A stretch of 64,000 bases of DNA from Limnothrix sp. BL-A-16 (GCA_041937175.2 CP166615.1:2528001-2592000), one strand, 5' to 3'; positions 1-10,612 are shown, numbered from the stretch's first letter. A program made the numbers and translations. The notes: generated from the sequence alone by a model not told the origin.

Positions 1-547
1 GGGGGCGATCGACCCCATGGAAGCGATTCGCTGGTGGGTTCAACTCAGCAGCCTGCTCCACAACCTTCACCAAGCTGGCTGGGTCCATGGGGATGTGAAG
101 CCCGCCAATCTGATTCGGCGGCCCCAGGGGGATTTGGCCCTGGTGGATTTTGATGCGGCCATGGCGGTGGGCGATCGGGCGGCCGCCGCCTGTGGCTCTG
201 CGGGCTACATTGCCCCAGAGCAGCGACAACAGGAGCCAGTGGGCCCCGCCAGCGATTGGTTTAGCCTGGGCCGCACGATCGTGCATTGGCTCACGGGGCA
301 GCATCCCTTAGATTTGATGGCCCAAAGTGTTGACTCTGACTTTGACTGGCGCTGGGCCGTGCCGGGGTTGCCGAACTCGATCGCCGATGCGATCGATATC
401 CTGATGGCTCCTAACCCGAGCGATCGCCGAATCATGCCAGCGGGAACCACCGCCACTTCCTTGCTTCCCCTGGCGCAGCGCCTGGCGCGGCCGCCCGTTG
501 TTGCCACGCCCCCTAGGCAGTTCCCGGAATTCCCGAGGGCTGCCTAG
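1..547 (+). CDS. Hanks-type Ser/Thr protein kinase, C-terminal part (5' end outside window)
   Basis: HGDVKPANL catalytic loop, LVDFD (DFG position), GSAGYIAPEQ, SDWFSLG motifs; the frame is open back to the window start. Confidence 0.85.
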   Translation, partial: GAIDPMEAIRWWVQLSSLLHNLHQAGWVHGDVKPANLIRRPQGDLALVDFDAAMAVGDRAAAACGSAGYIAPEQRQQEPVGPASDWFSLGRTIVHWLTGQHPLDLMAQSVDSDFDWRWAVPGLPNSIADAIDILMAPNPSDRRIMPAGTTATSLLPLAQRLARPPVVATPPRQFPEFPRAA

Positions 548-607
548 GGAATCCCTGGGAATCCCAGCAACCTAGGAATTTCTAGGGGTTTCTAGGGATT
601 TTCTAGT
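511..607. repeat. 10-bp inverted repeat (CCCTAGGCAG/CTGCCTAGGG) followed by imperfect ~10-bp CTAG-rich tandem repeats
   Basis: Arms at 511-520 and 540-549; then cctagggaat/ccctgggaat/cctaggaatt/tctaggggtt/tctagggatt. Confidence 0.6.
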
Positions 608-722
608 GTTCCTCCACACCACAATCTCTCTGTTCAATTCGGCAGTGGACTGTGCTCCACGAGCCGGATTTTTTTGTGGCCAATCTTGATGGCCAATCAG
701 CGCGGCAAATTAGCGCGGCAAA

Positions 723-1709
723 TTAGCGCAGTACTGGGGGCGATCGCTCTGGTACGGAATGCCAAGGGCGCGGGACTCCATACAACGCCACCGTTCCCTG
801 GCCGTTCCAGCGCTCCCCATTCGGCAGGGTAGCCCGCCGAAAATCCGCTTGCTCCAATTGAGCATCGTGCAAAACGGCCCGGGTGAGATTGCTGGCAAAC
901 AGGATGGCTTGGGTCAAATCTGCCCGACTCAGATCCGCATCCATTAGCGCGGCCCGACTTAAATCGGTGCGGATCAGATTGGCTCGACGGAGGTTAGCCC
1001 GACTCAGATCCACTTCTGACAAATCAAAATGGCTCAGATCGGCGGTGGCCAAGTTACTTTGGGGCGCAATTAACCACAGACCGGCCCCGATCGGGTCAAA
1101 GTCTTGGGGCCAGCAGGTGGCCCCGTCCATCAATGCCCCCTGAAAACTAGCCCCTTGGAGTTGGGCTTGGCTCAGGTCAGTTCCGCGCAAATCTGCCCGA
1201 TCGAGATAAGCCTCCTGCAACTGGGCTTGGGCTAAATTCCAACCCCGCAAGTCCGCTTGGCTGAGGTTGCTGGCCGCCGCTTTCAGTTGGGAACCAAGGA
1301 CGATCGCCCCCTGTTGCAACCAGTCGATCGCCCCTTGGGTGCGGGCATCCACGCGAGCCTGTCGCCAGTCCACCCCATCCACCCAAGTCCACCGCAAATC
1401 CGCCCCACAGAGATCCGCTCCGTTTAAGCTGGCTCCCCGCAGATCTGCCCCCCGTAAATCGGCTTCGCGCAAATCCGCCCGCCGTAGGTAAGTGCCCCGT
1501 AAATCGGCTTCGCGCAGATCCGCCCGCCGCAGGTTCACCCCCGACAAATAAGCCGAAGACCAATTGACCGACCGAGCCACAACCTCACGAAAGCGGGCCC
1601 CGGAAAAATCCGCCCCGCTTAGGCGTAGTTCCGACAAATTGGCTCGATCAAAATTCCACTTTCCCTGGTGATATTGCTCAATCCACTCAGCCGCCTGACT
1701 CTGTTTCAT
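723..1709 (-). CDS. Pentapeptide repeat protein
   Basis: Several blocks of A(D/N)LXX repeats (ADLRE, ADLRG, ANLRR); ATG at 1709 chosen, overlapping the upstream gene. Confidence 0.9.
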   Translation of the reverse strand: MKQSQAAEWIEQYHQGKWNFDRANLSELRLSGADFSGARFREVVARSVNWSSAYLSGVNLRRADLREADLRGTYLRRADLREADLRGADLRGASLNGADLCGADLRWTWVDGVDWRQARVDARTQGAIDWLQQGAIVLGSQLKAAASNLSQADLRGWNLAQAQLQEAYLDRADLRGTDLSQAQLQGASFQGALMDGATCWPQDFDPIGAGLWLIAPQSNLATADLSHFDLSEVDLSRANLRRANLIRTDLSRAALMDADLSRADLTQAILFASNLTRAVLHDAQLEQADFRRATLPNGERWNGQGTVALYGVPRPWHSVPERSPPVLR

Positions 1710-2379
1710 GGAGATCACCGATCGCGCCGTTGGCTACCAACTGTTGATAGTCTTCGGCCGTTAGTCCTTCGTTATTACCCAAGACCGCACCCGTGACGAT
1801 CGCCCGATGAAAATTCACCCGGCTTAAGTTGGCTCCACTCAGGTTAGCCCCACTCAGGTTAGCCCCACTCAGGTTGGCCAGGGCCAAGCTGGCCTTGTGC
1901 AAATCTGCTTTGGTCAAATTGACATCACTCAAGAGGGCCCCGGACAAATCTGCCCCGGCCAAGCGTGCTTCCGCTAAGTTTGCCCCGCTCAAGTCTGCAT
2001 CACAAAGTTGGGAACCGCGTAGATTCACCCGTTGCAGATTGGCCCCGCTCAGATCACACCCCTCCAGTCGCACCCCCAAAAGTTGTCTGCCGGTTAAGTC
2101 TTGTTGGGGATTCAGTCGGGCGAGGGTCAACAGATCAAGGAAGCTGGCTTGCGGATTGGCCCAAATGGCTGCGATCGCCCCGGCCCAGGGCCCGTCAATG
2201 GCTCCGCCCGATCGCGCCAGGAGGCAATCCAACACGGCTCGCTGTTCCGGCGACAGGGGGTGACGCTCCGCCAGGTTCAACGCTTGGGTAATTTGTTCGA
2301 TCGCCGCATCCAAATCCACGCGCGATCGATCCGCACCCGCCTGTTCCGCAGGGGCCCCTGCATCCTGAAAAACCGTCAC
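1687..2379 (-). CDS. Pentapeptide repeat protein
   Basis: C-terminal ANLSG/ADLSG repeats after a helical N-terminal region. Confidence 0.9.
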   Translation of the reverse strand: MTVFQDAGAPAEQAGADRSRVDLDAAIEQITQALNLAERHPLSPEQRAVLDCLLARSGGAIDGPWAGAIAAIWANPQASFLDLLTLARLNPQQDLTGRQLLGVRLEGCDLSGANLQRVNLRGSQLCDADLSGANLAEARLAGADLSGALLSDVNLTKADLHKASLALANLSGANLSGANLSGANLSRVNFHRAIVTGAVLGNNEGLTAEDYQQLVANGAIGDLHETESGG

Positions 2380-2527
2380 AATTCAATCTCCTTCAATTGC
2401 CGTTTGCACAACGGCTGCTGCACATGATCACTACCCGTTTTTAGGGTAACCCGAAGGGAACCGGCGGCCGGCTGAATGCAAAGAGAGTTCAACATTCTCA
2501 CGATCCACATCAGGGCGAAGCCAGGGT

Positions 2528-3832
2528 TCAGGTGGGTAACCAGGTTTGCACCACGCGCCCCGCAATTTTGTGACCCAGCCATGGGGTGTTCTGGGCCAGG
2601 GACTGCAATTGGGCCGGCTCCACTGTCCAGGTGGCGGCGGGATCAAACCGAATCAGGGGCTGGGCCTGACCAGGGCCGATCGGTTGGGGCATTTGGCCCA
2701 ACAACTCGGCGGGCCGCTGACTGAGCGATCGCCACAGTTCCAGCGCCGTCAATTCCCCAGTCATCACCAACCCTGACCAGAGCAAGGGCAAGGCCAACTC
2801 CAGCCCGATCGCCCCTTTGGGTGCTTCGGCAAAGGCGACGGTTTTTTCTTCGTAGGTGTAGGGGGCATGATCCACAGCGATCGCGTCGATCGTCCCGGCT
2901 TTGAGGGCGGCGATCAGGGCCTGGCGATCGGCAGGATTACCCAAGGGCGCAGACAGGTGCAGGCTGGGATCGTAGGGCGAAGGGGGGCGATCGCTGCCGG
3001 GCAGAGGTCGCCGTCCGTCAATGTGGCTGGTGTCGCAGAGCAATTGCAACCAAGACAGGCTGGCCGTGAGGGGCAACCCATCGGCCTTGCCTTGGGCCAC
3101 GAGGGCCGCAGCTCGACCGGTGGCCAAGCGCATCACATGCAGGCGGGCGGGGCGATCGCGCAGCAATTCCAAGAGGGTGGCGAGGGCGCTGCTTTCGGCC
3201 ACCGCCGACACCCCCACCAACCCCAGCCGCAACGCCTCAACGCCTTCCAGAACGGGGCCGCGACTGGCGGAGGTACTCTGACCCATCACCATCAACGGTA
3301 ACCCCAAGGGCCCCGCATAGTCCAGCAGCCGTTCCATCAAGACCCAATCCCGGATCGATCGCCCGTCGGTGAAGCCCACAATGCCCGCAGTGGCTAACTC
3401 TGCCAACTCGCTCATCTGTTCCCCCTGGGCCCCTTGGGTCAAGGCTCCCCACAGGTGCAGATGGGGGCTTGGCTCCGGCAAGGCTGCCCAGCGATCGCGC
3501 AGGTTTTGCACCAGGGCGGGCTGATCCATGGCCGGTTGCGTGTTGGGCAGCAGGGCCAGGGTGGTGAACCCGCCGGCCAGGGCGGCGGCGGCCAAGCTAG
3601 CGAGGGTTTCTCGGGACTCATGGCCCGGTTCGCCCGATCGGGAATAGCAATCCACCAGGCCCGGGGCCAAAATTTGCCCCGCCGCCTCAATCACTTGGGT
3701 TCCCTCGGGCAGGGCCCGGGGATCCGGGTCGATCGCCCGCACTTGCCCCTGATCCAGCAAGACCGTGGCCGGTCGATCAACCTGGGCCACCGGGTCAATC
3801 AGGCGAATTTCCCGTAGCAGTTCGATCGTCAT
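2528..3832 (-). CDS. pyrC: Dihydroorotase family protein (probably inactive PyrC'-type)
   Basis: ILAPGLVD..SGEPG, AALAGGFTT, PNTQP, IDAIAVDHAP, NTPW motifs; HxH metal site replaced by YSR. Confidence 0.85.
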   Translation of the reverse strand: MTIELLREIRLIDPVAQVDRPATVLLDQGQVRAIDPDPRALPEGTQVIEAAGQILAPGLVDCYSRSGEPGHESRETLASLAAAALAGGFTTLALLPNTQPAMDQPALVQNLRDRWAALPEPSPHLHLWGALTQGAQGEQMSELAELATAGIVGFTDGRSIRDWVLMERLLDYAGPLGLPLMVMGQSTSASRGPVLEGVEALRLGLVGVSAVAESSALATLLELLRDRPARLHVMRLATGRAAALVAQGKADGLPLTASLSWLQLLCDTSHIDGRRPLPGSDRPPSPYDPSLHLSAPLGNPADRQALIAALKAGTIDAIAVDHAPYTYEEKTVAFAEAPKGAIGLELALPLLWSGLVMTGELTALELWRSLSQRPAELLGQMPQPIGPGQAQPLIRFDPAATWTVEPAQLQSLAQNTPWLGHKIAGRVVQTWLPT

Positions 3833-5191
3833 CTACAGCGCCCCAGCGGCCGTTTTGTCCAAAATCGTGCCCGATAGGTGATGGGTAATGTTCATCGCCT
3901 GCAACACCGGCAAACTATCGGGCCCGTCGGGATAGCAAATTGCCGTTACCCCGCCGTTCCCTTGCTTAAAGCGCCAAATGCTTTCGGGGCCAAGGCCCGT
4001 GAGCTGGCAGAGCAGGGCTTTATTCACGGCATCATGGGCCACTACCAACCCGGTCAAGGGGCGATCGGCCGGCGTTGCCACTTCACCCGCCTGAGCCAAC
4101 ACGGCCGCCCAGGCCTGTTCAGCGCGATCGAACACCTGTTGCAGGTTCTCACCCTCCGGCATTTGCACCGTTTCCGGGTGCGTTTGCCATTGTTTCAGCA
4201 AGCCCGGATATTCCGCCTCAATTTCCGATTCGTACTTGCCCTCCCACAGACCATGGCCAATCTCCTTGAGGGTATCCAGCAAGCCCAATTCCAGCCCTGG
4301 ATGATGCGCCAAAATAGCCTCTGCGGTCGCTTTGGGGCGAGCCATGGGGCTGCTGAAGGCAAAGTCGATCGCCACATCCTTCAGGAAGTTGCCCGCTTTG
4401 GCCGCTTGACCATGACCCGTTTCATTCAGGGGCACATCAATTTGTCCCTGAAACCGCCCCTGACGGTTCCACTCCGTTTCCCCGTGGCGCACCAACAGCA
4501 ACTGCGGCCCCCGATCGTCCCCACCGGGCTTGGGCACGGCTGAGCCACCCAAGGATCCCAAGTGCGCCGTCAGGTTCATTGACTCCAGTTGCACCGCATC
4601 CCCCAAACCACCGGCAAAGTTCAGCACACTGATCCCACAGTTCGATTGCAGCAGGCAGTGGTAGCGATCGGGGCCGATTCCCAACGCCGTACTCAGCAAG
4701 CAGCGGTTAATGCCGTTATGGCCCACCAAAGCCACCGTCTGCCCCTGATGGCGGCTCAAAATCTCTTCCCAAAAGGCCTTGGCCTGATCTCGCAAGGACA
4801 GCACCGGAAAATGCGTCCCACTGGCCAAAGCCATGCTGAATTCGTGGGGCTGGTGTTTCCATTGGTCATAGGCTTCAGGAAACTGAGCCTTCACGTCACT
4901 GACGGCCATCCCTTCCCAAAGGGGCAAATCCACCTCCCGCAACCGTTCGTTGGTGGTCAGGGGCGGCGAAGGCTGCAATTGCTGACAGATGGTTTCGGCC
5001 GTTTGGCGCGCACGCTGGAGGGGGCTGCAATAGAAGGCATCGATCGCCAAACCTTGCAGGGCGATCGCCACTTGGGTGGCCTGGTTACGCCCCAGGTCAG
5101 TCAGCACCGACTGATCGCAGCGCCCTTGAATGATCCGGCGGGTGTTGAAGTTACTTTGTCCGTGGCGGATGAGGATAACGCGCGTAGCCAA
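3833..5191 (-). CDS. Two-domain histidine phosphatase / phosphoglycerate mutase family protein (cyanobacterial phosphoserine phosphatase-like)
   Basis: Two RHG motifs (LIRHGQS, LVRHGET), SPLQRA, ends ..DKTAAGAL; TTG start at 5191 preceded by AGGAG; abuts pyrC. Confidence 0.88.
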   Translation of the reverse strand: MATRVILIRHGQSNFNTRRIIQGRCDQSVLTDLGRNQATQVAIALQGLAIDAFYCSPLQRARQTAETICQQLQPSPPLTTNERLREVDLPLWEGMAVSDVKAQFPEAYDQWKHQPHEFSMALASGTHFPVLSLRDQAKAFWEEILSRHQGQTVALVGHNGINRCLLSTALGIGPDRYHCLLQSNCGISVLNFAGGLGDAVQLESMNLTAHLGSLGGSAVPKPGGDDRGPQLLLVRHGETEWNRQGRFQGQIDVPLNETGHGQAAKAGNFLKDVAIDFAFSSPMARPKATAEAILAHHPGLELGLLDTLKEIGHGLWEGKYESEIEAEYPGLLKQWQTHPETVQMPEGENLQQVFDRAEQAWAAVLAQAGEVATPADRPLTGLVVAHDAVNKALLCQLTGLGPESIWRFKQGNGGVTAICYPDGPDSLPVLQAMNITHHLSGTILDKTAAGAL

Positions 5192-5539
5192 GGGCCTGTC
5201 TCCTAAAGTGGGGGTCAAGGGGAAGCGGGGCAACAGGACATTGCCGGGCTGAGATATTGCCAGACCGAGGTGAGGCGGTTTTGCGATCGAGCAGGGCCTG
5301 GCGGCAGGGATTGGTTGCGGGCCCAGGGCAGACAACCGGCGCTCAGCCAGGATGCATTCTACCGCTCTGGGGCGAATCAACAGTTCTTCTGATCGGATCT
5401 TCTGGTCGGAGATCTTCATGGAAAAACAACCGCCCCCCAAGGAAGCGGTTGAAACCAAAGCACAACAGGGGCCGATCGAGCCAGAAGCCGCTACGCCACC
5501 GGGTCAAACCCGATCGGGCAGCAACCTCCTACGGTGGGC

Positions 5540-6337
5540 CTATTGCGCCAGCACATCCGGCGCGGTGGTTTCGCCAAAGCCCGATCGCCGCTGATTGGGT
5601 GGGTTTGGGCTGGCGCTGGGTGTGGGTTGCTGGGTCGGTTGGGCCGCAGGCGGATTGGTGGCCTCAGAAGTGGGAGTCGATCGGCTCTGGGGCGTGGGGG
5701 TAGGGGTTTGGGCCGGTACGGTGCGCGGAGCGGGGGTCACCGGCTCAGGCGATCGCGGCTCGGTCGCCTGGTTCAAGGCCGTGCGCACGGCTTCGATCGG
5801 CTGGGCTTCCTTGAGCCGGCCCCCTTCCCACAGCCCCGCCAACTGTTGCCCATTGGCATAGCTATAGATGCCGCGGCCATGGAAAGCGTTGTTACGAAAT
5901 TCTCCCTCGTAGCGATCGCCATTGGCGGTGCGGTAATTGCCGCGGCCGTTAAACTGACCCGCCATGAAGTCGCCTTCATAGCGATCGCCCGCAGGCGACA
6001 CATAAAGCCCCCGCCCTTGCAGCTTGCCGTTCACCACCTGTCCTTCATAAACTCCACCCGCCGCATAGGCATAGCGGCCGCGGCCCGTGCGCTGACCTGC
6101 CACAAAGTCTCCCTCGTAGCGATCGCCGTTGGCCGCCAAGCAGTTGCCCGGGCCCGTGAAGATGGCGGCCTTGGCTAATTCTTCACAGGACGCAGCGGCG
6201 GAACTGGTGGATAGGCGAATTTCTTCCGATCGCGCCGCTGGACTAATCCCGATCGTGCCAATGCAGGCACTCAGAACCATCGGAAACACAACACCCCGAC
6301 CCCATGGCCAAGGCAAACAAGTTGAGTTGGATCGCAT
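5540..6337 (-). CDS. MORN repeat protein with signal peptide and Pro/Thr-rich tail
   Basis: Repeated GDRYEGDF..G...GRG.Y units; start uncertain. Confidence 0.85.
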   Translation of the reverse strand: MRSNSTCLPWPWGRGVVFPMVLSACIGTIGISPAARSEEIRLSTSSAAASCEELAKAAIFTGPGNCLAANGDRYEGDFVAGQRTGRGRYAYAAGGVYEGQVVNGKLQGRGLYVSPAGDRYEGDFMAGQFNGRGNYRTANGDRYEGEFRNNAFHGRGIYSYANGQQLAGLWEGGRLKEAQPIEAVRTALNQATEPRSPEPVTPAPRTVPAQTPTPTPQSRSTPTSEATNPPAAQPTQQPTPSASPNPPNQRRSGFGETTAPDVLAQ

Positions 6338-6642
6338 AAGGTCTGGATAAGTAGCTATTGCAATCGTTCTGAGCAACCGCCCCGAGGGAGCGTGGCGAGC
6401 GACGTAGCTAAGTCTTTTGTAACTGGCTGATCGCAATCCTGACGAATTTTCTATTAAATCGTTATCTTAAATCGGGTTGGACTGTTTTGTCTGTATTCAA
6501 ACAATCACCTTAATCAATTTGCTTGTGAGCATCAATTCATTTGAAAATATTTCACCCTCTTTTTTCACTCTAGCTTTTGAATGATTCCAGTTTCATGAAC
6601 ATCACCATGAGCATTACAAAAACCAGGAGTCCCCCCCTAATA

Positions 6643-6800
6643 GGGATGTCTGAAAAGCCAAAACTGCTACCTTGCGGGTTACACCGATTAACTAAGATAG
6701 GGGGCTTAGGACTTGTCGTCAAATCACCTGAAACCCTGATTTCACCGTTGGCGGATCGTGGGGGGCAAGGGGCTTAAGCCCCTTGTCTAGGTTGGTTAAT
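6643..6800 (+). repeat. REP/MITE-family element copy (MITE-like end plus CAAGGGGCTTAAGCCCCTTG palindrome)
   Basis: gggatgtctgaaaagccaaaa at ~6643 matches the end of the 33356-33486 MITE; palindrome at 6766-6785; 6727-6800 nearly identical to 54436-54510. Confidence 0.75.
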
Positions 6801-7382
6801 GATGATGAAGCGATTACAAACTCCCAAAGCAGTCAGGCCTTAAACCGTTCAAGGCCAATTGCAGATCAAGAACAGATCAAAAAACAAAATCGACAGAAAA
6901 TCAGTCGAAAAACCCTTCAAAATCGATCCAAGACTCCCATCAGGGGCGAGGAAGATTGGCTTGAAACCTTGATTAGTTCCCTCAGCTTTGCTCATAGACA
7001 TAGGGCATAACCGATGGAATAGCTGATGGATTAGCTGGGAGAATGGGCGGGAATAATGACTAGGGACAGGGTTGTGGCGATGCATTAGCGCAGATCCCGC
7101 TTTTTGGGGGCATCGTTAGTTTGGGGACAATGGCTGCGGATGGCTTCCCTCCTGCGATCGCCCTTGGGGTCTGAAATGCTAAAAATGCCGCCCAATTAGT
7201 CCCGAGCAGGGTACATCAGCACCGATCGAAGTAAGCAGTATGTGCGCTGGTTGATTGACCACCCCAGGGTCTGGCCCAGGCCGGGTCGGGTGATCATCCC
7301 CAGTCCGCAACACTTGAGGCGATTTCCTTGGGATCTGCGCCGTGGCTCATCCTTGCAGCCTGGGTCTGCCCACAGCCGTGTT

Positions 7383-9131
7383 ATGCAATTCAGTATCGTC
7401 ATTGCTACCTATAACCGCCGTCGGCTGCTTGATCGGGCGATCGCCTCCGCCTTGGGGCAAAGCTATCCCTGTGAAGTGGTGGTGGTGGACGATTGTTCCC
7501 GGGACGATACCCCCGAATGGGTAGCTCAGTTGCAACTCAGCCTCCCGATCGAACGACGCGCCCAACTGGTCTATTGGCGCAACAGCATCAATCAGGGGCA
7601 TTCAGCCAGCGTGAACCGAGGTGTGGAGCTGGCCAAGGGCGACTGGGTGAAATTGCTTGATGATGATGATTATCTTGATCCAAATTGCATTGCTGAATTT
7701 GTGCGGGCAATTCGCATTCACGATCAACGCTGTGGCGAAGGCTTGCGCCCGCCCGCGGCCCTGTGCTCCTGCCAGGCCTTGCAGGTGGACTTACAGGGCC
7801 ATGAAATGGGGCACACCCCTCGCACGGGGCCAGGTTTAGCCTATTTCATTCCCCAAGAGGATATTCACTACGGCATGTTGGTGGAGATGGTGCCGTTTGG
7901 TACGCCCGTGCAAGTGGCCTTTCGTCGATCGGCCTTTTTGCAGGCCCGGGGCTGGGACTCTCAGTTTGATACCAATTTTGATGATATTGATGCTTGGATT
8001 CGCATTGCCGAGTATGGCGATGCCATTTTTTTAAATCAGTGCTTGGCCTATCGCACCGTTTGGGACGGAGCCTATAACCGGCAATTTTCGTTCGATCGCC
8101 GTTTTGACACCAACTGGTCTATTAAACAAAAAATTCACGGGCTGGTAAACGAACGGTTCCAACAGCAATTGCCCGAAAGCCGCGCCGTTCAGTCCTATCT
8201 GCGTCTGCATTGGGGATTGGTCGCCCTGAAGCATTACCAATGGTTCAAGGCCTTCTCGATCGCGGCCCCCAGTTTGCTATCGGCTCGGGGATGGGGCTTG
8301 ATGTTGCGCACTCGACTCAACCGCATTTTCCACGCCCTCACCTGGACATACCGCGACACCCAACGCTATCTGAAGCGCCGCCTTCAGGCCTGGATTCGGG
8401 CCCAGTCCCCCCAATCACTGCTGCGGGGTGGGTGGTTCAAACTGCGCTGGCAACAGATGCGCTTTCGGTTGCAGTTAGCGCGGCAACTGTGGCAACAGGG
8501 GTTCCCCCTGGCGGCTTTGTTTGTGGTGAAAACGGTGGTGATGCGTTGGGCGATCGCCCTGTGGCTCGATCCTTTGGTGCGCTGGGCCCAACGATCGCCC
8601 CGGCGGCGGGCTTGGCTGCTGCGTCGTGCGGCCCGACTGTGGCGTTGGCTCGATCGGGACTTAAATTTTCTGAACCATTTAGACCATGCCCAGCGCCGAA
8701 GCAGTCCCCATCACTCCAGCGCTTCCCGTCATTCCAATCGCCCTTACCTCCTCAGCGATCGGATCAGGAATCACCTCGATCGCCTGAGTCGCCTGAATCG
8801 CCTGAGCTATTTACCTCCCAGCAATCCTTTGTTCGCTTTGCCCGCTGCCCCAGTCTCCAGCCCAGCGCAACCGCTCCCGCCCAAACCACCCATGACCCCA
8901 AGGTTGCGCCAATGGATCGATCGACTGCGATTCGTGCAAGCTCGCCAATTGTGGCATCAGGGGCGCTGGCTGAAATCTTTGGCGCTGTCGATGCCGCTGC
9001 TGTTGTCCCCTGCCATTTGGAGGCTGATGTGGCAACGGGGCGGGCGGGCAATGCGCCGGCCGAAGGTTCGGCGGTTTGTGCTGCTGGATTTGCCAGCGAC
9101 TCCGGGCGATCGATCCCATCCTCACCCCTGA
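7383..9131 (+). CDS. Glycosyltransferase family 2 with long Arg/Trp-rich C-terminal extension
   Basis: FSIVIATYNR, VVVDDCSRD, NRGVELAKGDWVKLLDDDD GT2 motifs. Confidence 0.9.
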   Translation: MQFSIVIATYNRRRLLDRAIASALGQSYPCEVVVVDDCSRDDTPEWVAQLQLSLPIERRAQLVYWRNSINQGHSASVNRGVELAKGDWVKLLDDDDYLDPNCIAEFVRAIRIHDQRCGEGLRPPAALCSCQALQVDLQGHEMGHTPRTGPGLAYFIPQEDIHYGMLVEMVPFGTPVQVAFRRSAFLQARGWDSQFDTNFDDIDAWIRIAEYGDAIFLNQCLAYRTVWDGAYNRQFSFDRRFDTNWSIKQKIHGLVNERFQQQLPESRAVQSYLRLHWGLVALKHYQWFKAFSIAAPSLLSARGWGLMLRTRLNRIFHALTWTYRDTQRYLKRRLQAWIRAQSPQSLLRGGWFKLRWQQMRFRLQLARQLWQQGFPLAALFVVKTVVMRWAIALWLDPLVRWAQRSPRRRAWLLRRAARLWRWLDRDLNFLNHLDHAQRRSSPHHSSASRHSNRPYLLSDRIRNHLDRLSRLNRLSYLPPSNPLFALPAAPVSSPAQPLPPKPPMTPRLRQWIDRLRFVQARQLWHQGRWLKSLALSMPLLLSPAIWRLMWQRGGRAMRRPKVRRFVLLDLPATPGDRSHPHP

Positions 9132-9385
9132 ATCAGGATCCGATCGGGGTGAAAGTAAGAGCGAACCGGAGTGAAACCGGGATGAGATCGAGATTAATCG
9201 CTCCGAAATGGGAATCGATTCTTTGGCTCCCAACCGATTAGGGACGCGGCTGTGTTGATCGCTGCCAGTGATAGCATGAGCAGGGGCCAGGGCCGGAGAA
9301 CGATCGAGTGCGATCGCCCGTCCAAACCCAATGTTTCTGAACCTATCGTGATTTTGACTGCGCGCAGACCGCGCGACTAACACCT

Positions 9386-9730
9386 ATGTCGCAAAACAAA
9401 GGATTTGGCTTCGGCTTGGGCAAAATGAAGGAAATTGCCCAAGCGATCCAAAAAGCCCAGCAAGTGCAAGAAGATGCTAAAAAGCTGCAAGAAGAGCTGG
9501 AAAAAACCGAAATTGAAGGTCAAGCGGGCAACGGCTTGGTGAAGGTGGTGATGAGCGGCAACCAAGAACCCCTCCGCGTAGAAATTTCCGCAGAAGCCTT
9601 GGGCGAAGGGGCTGAAGTTTTGTCGGATCTGGTTTTTGCGGCCATGAAAAACGCCTACACCGCTTCCACAGAAACCATGCGGCAACGAATGGAAGCCCTG
9701 ACCGCTAATCTTCAGCTACCGGGCATGTAG
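9386..9730 (+). CDS. ybaB: YbaB/EbfC nucleoid-associated protein
   Basis: [27 protein letters not shown], cyanobacterial [12 protein letters not shown]-terminus. Confidence 0.92.
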   Translation: MSQNKGFGFGLGKMKEIAQAIQKAQQVQEDAKKLQEELEKTEIEGQAGNGLVKVVMSGNQEPLRVEISAEALGEGAEVLSDLVFAAMKNAYTASTETMRQRMEALTANLQLPGM

Positions 9731-9789
9731 TCCCCGTGAATCGACCGATCGATCCCGAGGGTCCGTCGTCATTGCCTGGGAGCCAATGG

Positions 9790-9900
9790 GAGCCGTTGAT
9801 TTTCCAGACTCCAACCGTCGTAACAAGGGGCTTAAGCCCCTTGCTCCCCACGATCTGGTCACGGTGGAGTCAGGGTTGCCGATGATTTGATGATCGGCTC
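9790..9900 (-). repeat. REP/MITE-family element copy
   Basis: Palindrome at 9824-9843; flanks are the reverse complement of the other copies; imperfect GAGCCG..CGGCTC ends. Confidence 0.75.
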
Positions 9901-10032
9901 TCAGCTCCTAATTCGGTTATTCCGGCATCTTGGCAGACCAGGAGCGTTGGCCCTTGGTCTGCGGTGAGTGAGACACATCGAATTCAGTTGCCTTCTTTGG
10001 CATCTTGCTAGACTCTGCGAAATCTGTGCCCT

Positions 10033-10530
10033 ATGCCTGTCAAACTGCTATTTGTCTGTTTGGGCAATATTTGCCGATCGCCCGCTGCCGAAAATTTGAT
10101 GAATCATCTCATTGCACAGCGTGGCTTGCAGGGGCAAATTGAGTGTGATTCGGCGGGCACAGGAGCCTATCACGTGGGCGAGCCACCCGATCGGCGCATG
10201 AGCGCAGCGGCGGCGAATCACCCAGGCATCAAACTGCAAGGGCGAGCGCGACAATTTTCCTCCGTTGATTTCGCGGATTTTGACCTAATTTTGGCGATGG
10301 ATCGGGATAACTATTGGGGCATTTTGGCCCGCGATCCCGATCGCAAATATCGCGACAAGGTGAAGATGATGTGCGATTTTTGTCGCCACCATGACCTCAA
10401 GGAAGTGCCTGATCCTTACTATGGCGGCCCCGAAGGATTTCAACAGGTTATTGATCTGTTGCTCGATGCCTGTGAAGGACTGTTGGAAACCCTAATTAAG
10501 GAAGGTAAGGTTACGGCTCCTCAGGATTAG
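10033..10530 (+). CDS. Low-molecular-weight protein tyrosine phosphatase
   Basis: FVCLGNICRSP active-site loop, DSAGT, DPYYG. Confidence 0.95.
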   Translation: MPVKLLFVCLGNICRSPAAENLMNHLIAQRGLQGQIECDSAGTGAYHVGEPPDRRMSAAAANHPGIKLQGRARQFSSVDFADFDLILAMDRDNYWGILARDPDRKYRDKVKMMCDFCRHHDLKEVPDPYYGGPEGFQQVIDLLLDACEGLLETLIKEGKVTAPQD

Positions 10531-10612
10531 GCAACCGCAGGGTTAACCACAGGATTCAACAACTGTTAACCAACCTCAGGGTTAGACCATTCAGAATTTA
10601 ACCATTTAGCAT

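Noticed and set aside
8210..9241. 343-aa overlapping ORF suggesting a frameshift in the GT2 gene
   Set aside because: The main frame is continuous to a plausible C-terminus; the alternative frame has no protein-like features
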